Shown piece after piece: positions 53,217 through 64,000 of a stretch of 64,000 bases of DNA. The DNA comes from Octopus sinensis (taxonomy: Eukaryota): assembly GCF_006345805.1 (NCBI RefSeq), contig NC_043009.1, positions 4,898,001 to 4,962,000 of the forward strand, given 5' to 3'. The position numbers were made by a program, and so were the translations under genes. Position 1 is the first letter of the stretch. Each line of letters opens with the position of its first letter. Under the pieces are notes generated by a model. The model saw only the letters and a program-made list of their open reading frames with translations, was not told where the DNA came from and did no database searches.

Positions 53217-54718
53217 TACATATGTGCATACATACACACACACACGCACACCCACATGTATGTATATGTGTGTGTTTATGCTTATTTTATTCATCTTAGT
53301 ACTCACGATTTAGTTATTGATATCTCTTATATTTAGTTATTTACATCATTTCATGTACAATATGTAAAAAGTATCCTGAATCATGCCGGTATGTGAATTT
53401 CTCGTTGAGCCCCATTTCTAATTAAGGAATTGTTTTAACAATACACATCATGTGCTCATCTTAATTAGCTTATGTTTTTTTTATTATACATATCGGCGAT
53501 AATTCATCGACAAGCGTTGTAAGCGATTTCAATTATATTATCTTTTAAGTGTGAATTCAATAAGAAATTTACTATAAGTAAATGATTAATATTCACTGGT
53601 TTTCAGCTATTTGTAAGAGCTTTTTTTACTGCTTACGTTATTAAAATAATACTTAGAATAATACTTGTTTAATACATTAAATGCAGATCCCTCGACCGCT
53701 ATAATGTCAGAAAACAAGTCATAACCTAGAGGTTAGATAACTCTCTTGGGAAAATAAAGAGGAAGTGAAACTATGCTTAAAAAATAAGATAAGAAAGAGA
53801 AAGAGAATTTATGGTATTTCGTACACATATGTTCCTTTTGTAGTTTTGATACGCATAAGGTTTTTGAGAGGAATCTCTCAGCATTGAATTCGATTTTTCA
53901 CTTCTAATTGTGAACAATAAAAGCAAATCTACTTAGAGGTTTTCTAATCATTATTTTAGTGACAGCAGCAAATGTCCCACTTTGCTGAAAAGCTAAGGTA
54001 GTACAAAAATGTATCCAATATTGTCCCTGTAACTAATTCAATAATTAACACCAGGTGTACGCATGGAAATTTCACGCTTGTTCTGAAGACTATAAGATTT
54101 AGAGAAAACTGTGTGACACATAATTGCTTTTGAAATTGTATTTTGCAAATGTGTCTGATTCTCGTAATTGTGTAAATCTAGAGAAATTGTACTGAATATG
54201 CAGTCTTAGAAAAACTCAGGTTTCTAAACTGCTTTCTTTGTGATACATTTATCACCTGTTTTAAATTTAGTGTTGTTACGTATCATTCTTTTATTTTGTC
54301 ACTACATCAAGGAATGAATGTATTCTAAAAAAAAGCTGCACACAATTGCATAACAATATAATGGTTTACGAAGAAATAAAGCAACTTTGGTGAATGTTTG
54401 TTCTAGACAATTGAAACTGATAGAAGTATTAGAAATTCATCTCTCTCAAGAATAATAGATAAATTATCAATTCTCTGTCGTCTGTTTTCGGGAGATGGTT
54501 TCCCTACATTTACATTAATATTTTTCTCGCTTAGATCCGATTCTCTCATTTATTGTGCAATGCGTTTCACGTCTTCATACCCTTACTTAATGTCTAAATT
54601 AGAGTATATATTTAAATCTAATCTTACCGTGTTTATTTTAAATTCTTTCTTCACTGTTTCACTTGACGTTTTCATCGTGACTCTGTTAAAATTATTGAAT
54701 ATACTTTACGCAATCTTA

Positions 54719-55095
54719 TTTCTTTATTGCCCACAAGGGGCTAAACATAGAGGGGACAAACGAGGACTGACAAAGGGATTAAGCCGATTACGTCGACCCC
54801 AGTATATAACTGGTACTTAATTTATTGACGGCGGAATTTGAACTCAGAACGTAACGGCAGACGAAATACCTATTTCTTTACTACCCACAAGGGGCTAAAC
54901 ATAGAGGGGGCAAACAAGGACAGACAAACGGATTAAGTCGATCCTACAGCGCAAATGGTACTTAATTTATCGACCCCGAATGGATGAAAAGCAAAGTCGA
55001 CCTCGGCGGAATTTGAACTCAGAACGTAACGGCAGACGAAATACCGCTAAGCATTTCGTCCGGGGTGCTGACGATTCTGCTAGCTGTCCACTTTT
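54719..55095 (-). mobile_element. SINE family B composite with 17 bp TSD
   Basis: tactttacgcaatctta at 54702-54718 and 55096-55112 flanks a full unit plus an internally deleted second unit. Confidence 0.9.
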
Positions 55096-55199
55096 TACTT
55101 TACGCAATCTTAATTAAACAATGAAATCAAAGCTATAATCTCTCTATATATATTTGTTATGATACGACAGTTTTGGTAAAGCTGGATCAAATATTCCTT

Positions 55200-55580
55200 T
55201 AAAATTTTAGCTCAAGGCCAGCATTATCGGGGGAGAGTGTAAGTAGATTACACTGATGCCAGTGTTCAACTGGTACTTCATTTATTGACACCGAAAAGAT
55301 GCAAAGCAAAGTCTACCTCTACAGAATTTGAGCTCTAACGGAATGCTGCTAAGTATTTACTCCAGGATTCTAACGATTCTGTCAGCTCACCCCCTCGTGC
55401 TGTAGCAAATATTCCTTTCTACTATAGGCCCCAGGTCTGAAATTTCGAGTGAGTGATAAGTCGATTTCATCGACTGCAGTACTCAGCTGGTATTTATTTC
55501 ATCGACGTCCAAATGGAATGAAAGGCTAAGTCGACCTCGGGGGAATTTGAACTCAGAACGGCATGCTAACGAGTCTGCCT
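55200..55580 (-). mobile_element. two degenerate SINE family B copies
   Basis: Repeated ggtacttcatttattgac / gcaaagtctacctc / gaatttgaactcagaac motifs. Confidence 0.65.
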
Positions 55581-57711
55581 GCTCGCATCCTAGTGCTGCA
55601 TTAAATATTAATACCTTCTTTTAATATCCTTCTTTTCCTATCAGAGTAAGATAAATATGACTGGACTTTAATCCATAATATTCGCTATCTTATGTAGATA
55701 TTTTTGGATTCTGTAAAAATATATGTCAATATTATTTGAGATATTCGTCGTTTAATAATGAGGATTGAATTGTTCGGTCAAATAAATTTGCTGTCCCTCA
55801 TTTAAGTTGTAAATGACAGAGCATTTCACAGAAACGTGAACTCTTAATGTAGTTCTAAGTCTACATTGTAGCACAACGTGTAACAATGCTGTAACCTCCG
55901 AAATGTATGTACAATCCACATAAACTTTCTATCGAGTTTGTTTAATCACATTCACTCACAAGATATAAGTGAACAATACTCGTCCAGGTTGCGACACGAA
56001 TGAAGAGAACTTCTTAAACATTCAGTTATAGTATAAATTCAATATAGATAATTTTTTATTAGTAAATTATTTTGCAAATAATATAAATATTGTATGTATA
56101 ATAAATTGTATTTGATTTGGTTTCATAGCTAAAGTGGAATTATATACACAGATAATTGTAGAAAAATGATATAGATAATATTATTTATTAACTTGCATTT
56201 TGTTTGTCACCTATTACAATTTAATGCCTGAGCATTAAATATGGTGACATAAACCTTAGTATGTTTTTGTATGCATACTTGTGTCAATATATTTAGATGA
56301 CCGCTGTTTTAAACAGAGGATGTGACATGTATATAATTGATGATTATATCGTTAAGCTAATGTCCGGAGTTCAAGCGTGCTCCCATTAGTGTCGGTTGTA
56401 GAAGGAAGGCCTACACCGGTCTGATTTACTCACATGCAATGCGCGGAGATGCAATCTCCAAGTGGTGCCTCGATGACTTAATGGCTCAGGGGACACACTT
56501 TTTTAGACACTTAAAACCAGGAGATGAGAAAAAAAAAGGAGTGGAAGAACAATGATGTTACTAATAAAACATAGAGAGAATTGTGTGTCATACTGAGCAG
56601 GATAATGTATGGATATTATAGGAATGATTGATCGACAAGGAAAAATGCGAAAGCAAATAGTTTTATAAATACGTATATACAATGAATGAGAAAAGACAAT
56701 GTGTTACTAGAGAAAGAAGTAAAAGAATGAGAGGAAGAGAGAAACATATGTAAAGAAGAACATATAGACATATATAGAGAGAAAGAACAAGAAACATGAG
56801 AGAGAAAGGAAGGAGAGCGAGAGACAAAATGTGAGTGAAAGAAGATCAATACAAATGGATACAAGGACAGTGAGAAAATATATGAGATTATGAGAACGAG
56901 GCTAAGATGTATGATCGAGGGAGAATAACAAAAGCTGATTGAATGAAAGTGATTGATTAAGGGTTAGTAAGTGTGAGAGTGGGCCATAGAAGAGAAGACT
57001 ATTGTTAGAGAAACCGGAGAAATAATCCTGCGAGAACTTGAATGCTTGAGAGGGAGAATGAGATCTGAAACACAATTGCGAGTGAGAGAGGAAGAAGAGA
57101 ATGGAGAGAGAGGAAGAAGAGAATGGAGAGAGAGGAAGAAGGGGAGGGTGAGAGAGGAAGAGGAGAAGAGAGAGACAGGTTTAGGGAGATGCAGATACAG
57201 AGTTAATGAGATACTGAGACGGAGAAAACCAAAAAGTGAGATTGACTTAATAAATGAGAAAGTCATAGTGATAATTCTTGTAATTTTTGTTCATTATTGA
57301 TTGATAATCTAATCAATGACAGAATAATTAGAAGAGCGAATTTCAGAACAACAACAACAATAACAGCAACAACAACAACCACTACATAAATAAATAAAAG
57401 TGACGAATGTATAATAAAAGCATTATTTTGAAGAAGGGTAGAGAATTAATTGGTATACAAATATTTTGTTTGTAGATTGACGCTATAAGACAATGTTTCT
57501 CATAGGAGAAGAACCTGTCAGGAAGAAAATGGAGCAGATAAATTGCCATGTTTAATACAATTAAGATGATTTTAAACTTTTAAAACTTGGCCAATGCCAT
57601 GGCAGAGTAAGAAGACTTATGTATGCAAACTCTGTTTTCCTTTCTCATTAATAAAGGAACAGAAGCGAAAGCCTTAGTATTGCAATGGCGGGAATTGGTA
57701 CATGTCATATT

Positions 57712-57951
57712 AAGGCGGCGAGCTGGCAGAAACGTTAGCGCGCCGGGCGAAATGCTTAGCGGTATTTCTCATCTGCCGTTACGTTCTGAGATCAAATTCC
57801 ACCGAGGTCGACTTTGCCTTTCATCCTTTCGGGGTCGATAAATTAAGTACCAGTTACGCACTGGGGTTGATGTAATCGGCTTAATCTGTTTGTCTGTCCT
57901 TGTTTTCCCCCTCTATGTTTGGCCCCTTGTGGGTAGTAAAGAAATAGGAAT
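57712..57951 (+). mobile_element. SINE family B with 10 bp TSD
   Basis: atgtcatatt at 57702-57711 and 57952-57961; complete unit between them. Confidence 0.9.
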
Positions 57952-58079
57952 ATGTCATATTGAGAACCACTTGCGAAATAAGAAAAGAAAAAGGAAGGAA
58001 TCTTCTGGATAGACTTAGTATAGACCCATAATTAAAATAGTTAGATTGTAAGTTCGGGCAACGCTGTGTGTGTATGTTT

Positions 58080-58308
58080 CTTTATTATCCACAAGGGGCT
58101 AAACAAAGAGGAGACAAACAAAGACAGACAGACGGATTAAGTCGATTATATCGACTCCAATGCGTAACTGGTACTTAAGTTATCGACCCCGAAAGGCTGA
58201 AAGGCAAAGTCGACCTCAGCGGAATTTGAACTCAGAACGTAACGGCAGACGAATTACTGCTAAGCAGTTCGTCCGGCGTGATGATAATTCTGCCAGCTCG
58301 CCGCCTTT
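58080..58308 (-). mobile_element. SINE family B
   Basis: Reverse complement of the unit, ending agctcgccgcctt. Confidence 0.88.
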
Positions 58309-58370
58309 GAACGCTTTGTGTGCGCACGTTTGGAAACGCAGGCGTGGCAGTGTGGTAAATAGCTTGCTTA

Positions 58371-60540
58371 TGCTATTGCTACTGCATTGCGCATGTGCGA
58401 ATTAGAGTTGTGTTTAACACAGAAGATGTAAGACGTATTTTTAAAAGCCGTCTTACATTGAAGGCTTTCGAATAATCAGCCATAAGTTAAGAATTTTGGG
58501 GGTCTAGTGGGGACCTGTTGTATGTCGCAAATTAATTTTACAAGCAAGAAGTCCTCACTAAACTCTGGTCTAGCTGAGGCTGAGTGAAAATATTATTCAT
58601 TTAATTGTGAAAATTATTGGTTTGGTAGGCGTATCCTGCCAAAATATTTCTTTGAAAATAGTGTTGTTCCTGTTAAGGAGTACCTAGAAGAAAATTGGAT
58701 TGATTTTTTAACTGTTTTACAATTGTGTTAAATTTTGGCCTGAAGTATCAAGTGGCCTTTGCTGTGGTTTGAACTTTTGCTCTCTCTTCTTCTATCTTTG
58801 ATTAAAAAAAAAAACAATTATTGAACTGTTATTTTTTTCTCTCTCCTTTCTTTTGTTTGGACTTTTTTCTTCTTCCTTCTTTTTCTTTAATTATTTTATA
58901 TTTTAACAACTGTATTTTTGGACTCTTAATAAAAACATGGCAAATAACAATGAAAAGTTGGTGGAGTGGGAAATTACACCACCCAAAAAATGGTTAAAAG
59001 AACCTGAAAGTAAGACGATGGTTTTGAGGACCTACTCTAGGACCCTCGACGCCATTGCCGTTTTCAGAAAGGATATAATCGAGAGAGAGCTGGCAGTATT
59101 CAAGCCAGCGATTAAGTTTATCACTTGGGGGGGGGGGTCAAATAGGCAACCGTGTGGTTGCTGTTTGACTCCCCAGAAGTGGCCTGTGAATTTGCAAGTC
59201 AGCCCCTGGAGGGTAATGAAATTTTGTTTTTCCCCACTTATTGTGGGAAGAGTTTGACGAGGGCTTAGGTTTGCGGCTCGTCACCCGGAGTTGAGCCCCA
59301 GTGGATAGCAGATACTATCCGCCGGGTTTTGGGTGGCAGTAGCACCAAGCACCTCAGCATAAATATTCTGCCTGCAGCTGACTGGGAGGGGTCAAAACTG
59401 ATTTGACCCTATGGGCCCAGTCAGCCGAAAGTCTGGTATTTCCAGACTTTTTGAGAATGGCCAGGTCAAAGTATCCGGTGATTCTTCAGGGACACCCCCC
59501 CTAAGTGTCATCGGTGCTTCAAGCCTGGCCATATAAAAACTAACTGTTCTCAAGGGCAAAGCAAAGTCCGGGAGCGGTTGACGGAGACGTCTGTAGTGGA
59601 GGGAATTAAGGCGGCCGAAGAGACGGAGGGCTCCTCAAAGAAGAGCCGCAAAAGGAAGGAGAGCAATAATGGGTGCTCACCGAAGGATCTAGGGGATGAG
59701 GTAGGGGAGGCGAATTTCCAGGTCACGTAGAAGACGCACCCTCCCCCAGTCGAGAAGATAAAAAGGGGAAGAGGAGTAGAAACGGGACATTGCCGGCAGT
59801 CGGAAATATGACGCCGGAGTGTCACGGAGCCTCGTCGGTTGTGCCACCGGAGTGGGGAGACACCATTGGCGGAAATTTCGCCGCCAACGGTAAAATTGAT
59901 CGACGCGAACCCGATGGACCTGAAACTGTTGGTCTTCTTTTATAGAGGCGGTGAGGTGGAAAAGATTGTGAAAGAAGACTACGAGGGAATACCTTTGGCC
60001 TTCACACAGGACCCCGAATGGCCTCCGCAGATAGCTGTGGAGGTCATAACGTTTCGCCTGTTTATCATGCTGAAGGGACTAAAAGAAGAATATCGCTCGT
60101 GTCCGGGTGACGCCAACTCGGACCCTGCCTTGATTTTAAACGAAGCATGGGCTATGGCAGAGTACACAGACACAACCGATTATGAGGTGGAAAATTGACA
60201 AGAGGTTGAAAAGCCTCAGTGTCATAAAGTGTAAGAGGCTCAACGCCTCATTTGTAAATGGACTAGTGTTGATTGTATATTGTATAGTTTTTAAATGTTA
60301 ACATTTGTAATGGACTATTAAGTCCCAAAACTGTAAAAACTGTTGTGAGAGGTTCAATACCTCGCTTTGTTTATTCTGTTTTAAAAAAAAAAACCAATGT
60401 TTTAGAGAATAAGAAAATTGGCGGGCGTTTTTGCCTTCTCTCATCAATATCATCCTTATTTCATCAGTCAGCTCATCAATGTATATGTCCAGCCCGCAGC
60501 TACTCTTTGTAATGCCGTTATGGCAATTTTTTATGAAATA
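58371..60540 (+). mobile_element. ORF1-only non-autonomous retrotransposon (HAL1-like)
   Basis: Bounded by TSD tagcttgctta (58360-58370, 60544-60554; 14 bp with one mismatch). Contains about 570 bp of 5' UTR, one disrupted ORF with a CCHC knuckle, about 340 bp of 3' UTR ending at AATAAA, and no EN/RT motifs that I can find. Confidence 0.7.
58937..60198 (+). pseudogene. gag-like LINE ORF1 protein with a CCHC zinc knuckle, disrupted
   Basis: Starts MANNNEKLVEWEITPPKKWL; CHRCFKPGHIKTNC (C-X2-C-X4-H-X4-C) at 59506-59547; ends AEYTDTTDYEVEN*. Frameshifts fall at G and C homopolymers, and there are internal stops. Confidence 0.7.
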
Positions 60541-60680
60541 AAGTAGCTTGCTTACCAACTACATGGTTCCAAGTTCAGTCCCACTGCGTGGTACCTTGGG
60601 CAAGCGTCTTCTGCTAGAGCATCGGGCCGACCAAAGCCTTGTGAGAGGATTTGGTAGATGGAAACTGAAAGAATCCCGTC

Positions 60681-60726
<46 letters not shown>

Positions 60727-61264
60727 ATGTCTGTGTGTCTGTGTTTGTACCACCAACTTCGCTTGACAACCGATGCTGGTGAGTTTACGACTCCGTAACT
60801 TAACGGTTCGGCAAAATAAAACTTATGATAAGTAATAGGCTTACAAAGATAAATCCTGGGGTCGATTTGCTCCAGTCAAATGACTGAAACAAGTAAAAGA
60901 GTTTGTATGTAAACGAATGCATGTACAAAATAAGATTTGTTAACCGGCGTCAATTTAGCCATGGACGTTTAAATTCATCATCAAAGGCAGCAATTTCATG
61001 GTCATTCGTACATTTTTTGAATATCCGGAATTATTTATCCGGTGTGTTCTTCATACTATAAAAGCGAACCTGATTTCTATATCTAGCAGATTATGGGATC
61101 GCAGTGAAGCTTCTTTGTTCGTGATGTTGTAAATGACCATGTGAGAATATAGGGGTGAAGAAGCAAGATAAATTGAAATTAATATCCATAGGCGATAAGT
61201 CGTATATCCATTCATTCATATCACTCATCCATGCATCCATCCGTCTGTCCGTCAGTCTGCAGAG

Positions 61265-61808
<544 letters not shown>

Positions 61809-62594
61809 GAGCAAATCGTCTGATTATAAATGGAACGACAAAGAAGGAAAGTAATATTGAAAGGATTTTAAGCAAAATATAAAGGAAAGAACAAAATTGA
61901 AATATTTTTGTTTGTCAGAATGAATTTTATTGAAAAATGAATACTTTGGTGAAAGAGAGAGACAGAAAAGAGAGGGGGAAAATAGAGATTTGTGTAAATA
62001 AGCGATGTGAAACATAAAAAGAAAGGGAAAAAGAGTGGTGTGGCATAATTTTAGAAATGAAACATAGAAAAGGGAGATAAGCGAAGGAGATATTAATTGT
62101 CTAAGTGATACTTTTTGAGAATTAAAAGATTGAAATACGTACTACATAATGGAGATGTGCAAGAGAAATGGAGGCTGGGAGAAAATATTGAGTAGAAAAT
62201 AATGGCGACGACTGAAAGAAAGAAGTATTATATTGCGCGAAGAACATAATAGAAAGAAAGGATAAAAAGCGACTCAAGAATTGTGATATTTCTAAAACCA
62301 TTAAACCAAAGAAATATTGAAAAGCACACACACACACAAACACACACACACACACGCGCGCGGGGGCAAACGCACACGCATACACCTACACACACATACT
62401 CACACACAAACATACACAAAAGACACACCTGCGCTCACACATGTGCACACACACACACGTGTATATATATCTATAAATATACATATATGCATGAATATAT
62501 ATATATATATATATACACATACTCATGAATATATACATATATACGTACGTACACACACACACGCATATATATATATATATATATATACAGTATA

Positions 62595-63359
62595 TGAGGT
62601 CTAATCAACAAGTATCCGGACTGTTGCCATAGTAACAAAGCTAAAGCACGCAGAAGGAAGCCGCTTAGAATCGATTGACCCTGAACACTGCTGTGCACGC
62701 GCACTGAGTTTCAGTGTTCTAGCTCACATCCGCTATGTACCACAGTGCTTCGAATTAATGTGTGTAGCGTGTGATCGTCGCATTGACCATGACAAAGTAA
62801 GGCTCAGATGCCTACACAAAGTTGCAGAGAGTTTATGAAGAGGAGTGTATGAGCCGCACACAAATGCAGGAGTGGTTCAGATGTTTCCAATATGGTCGAA
62901 AAAGTGTCGATATTGACGAATGTTTTGGGAGAGCCACAACCAGCAGAAGTGTAAAAGGAAAAAAAATGTGCTTGCTTCTGTGAGGGGAAATCGTCGAAAC
63001 ACCATCCGTGAATTATTATCAGGGGATAAGATGATTAGTTACGGTTCAGTTTATTTTGACTTAAGATGTGGGTATGAGACGCATGTCTGCCAAGTTTGTG
63101 CCAAAAATGCTTTCAGCTGACCCAAAAAGTCATTTGGGTCTCAGTTGCACAAGATCTACTAGAATGTGTTGAGAACGATTAACATTTTTGGGAACTTGCG
63201 TAAGCCTCTGAGCAGCTATCACCAAGCGTTTGGCAAAATGTTATGCCGATACTCTGCTTAAATTTCTCTGTCAGGGTCAATTTGTGCCAAATGGCTTCAC
63301 TCTGCTTGTTCTAGCTTCGTTACTATGGCAACAGACAGATAGCCATTCATCAGACCACG
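62595..63359 (+). mobile_element. internally deleted mariner element
   Basis: Imperfect TIRs (tgaggtctaatcaacaagtatccggactgttgccatagtaac / gttactatggcaacagacagatagccattcatcagaccacg), TA at both ends; transposase pieces MSRTQMQEWFRCFQYGRKSV and AKFVPKMLSAD. Confidence 0.82.
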
Positions 63360-63425
<66 letters not shown>

Positions 63426-63479
63426 CATGTATATGTAATATATATATATATATATGTATATATATATGTATATAAATAT

Positions 63480-63515
<36 letters not shown>

Positions 63516-64000
63516 GATATATATATATATAGATATATATATATATATATATATGTATGTATATGTATATATATATGTATATATATGTACAATTACCACA
63601 CAAAGACATGTATTACGTTATAAGTTTGGGAAAAAATGAGTTTCGTTGGGGATGCAAATCCTCATAGTCGTATACAGCAGAGCGAGACACCAAAACAAAA
63701 ACAAAACGTCCATACCGTTTCTCACTCGATGTAGAATGAGGAGGTTGGATGTTGAGATAAAGGGGGAAGGAGTTGGAGGGGATGAATCTCATAATGCTCA
63801 GTAGATACTGATCCTCGTAAAAGGTCTTTTTACACGTTAGTTAATGTCAGATCATCGATTCCTTTGATATACAAAAAAGGAAATGAAGAATTCGTCTGTT
63901 ATTGAATGTCACCATCGCCTACTTGTATTAAGTTAATGCAGGTCGGTGACAGATAAAAATCTAGTAAATGTGCATAATGTCCCATGAAAAATGCTGACAC

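Larger units (their letters stand above)
58338..60902 (+). mobile_element. SINE family A split by a 2.17 kb insertion (58338-58370 plus 60541-60902)
   Basis: Head gcaggcgtggcagtgtggtaaatagcttgctta stops at 58370 and resumes as aagtagcttgcttaccaactacatggttccaagttcagtccc at 60541, then runs to the gactgaaacaagtaaaaga tail. Confidence 0.88.

Noticed and set aside
60383-60394. A-run as the 3' poly(A) end of the ORF1-only element
   Set aside because: The TSD and resumed SINE lie about 150 bp further on, so the A-run is internal to the 3' UTR.

Overview
AT-rich, repeat-dominated eukaryotic DNA, most likely from an octopus; this is inferred from the recurring tRNA-derived SINE families and the extreme microsatellite load. 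No host protein-coding gene can be supported. Most ORF-track entries are translations of microsatellites or SINEs, and only weak splice-signal candidates remain. The window holds many SINE copies (labelled families A-E here; the labels are mine), five Tc1/mariner relics (maT/DD37D-like, rosa/DD41D-like, three mariner-type), a non-autonomous Helitron, an RTE LINE relic and a 5'-truncated Tx1-type LINE. The main observations are: (1) a 2.17 kb TSD-bounded element carrying only a zinc-knuckle ORF1-like gene and no ORF2, inserted in the tRNA head of a SINE (HAL1-like); (2) a Tx1 LINE inserted in a (TATC)n array with a 15 bp TSD; (3) a perfect 327 bp inverted duplication plus a 108 bp direct duplication with microhomology junctions. 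All family assignments come from motifs read by eye; no searches were run.
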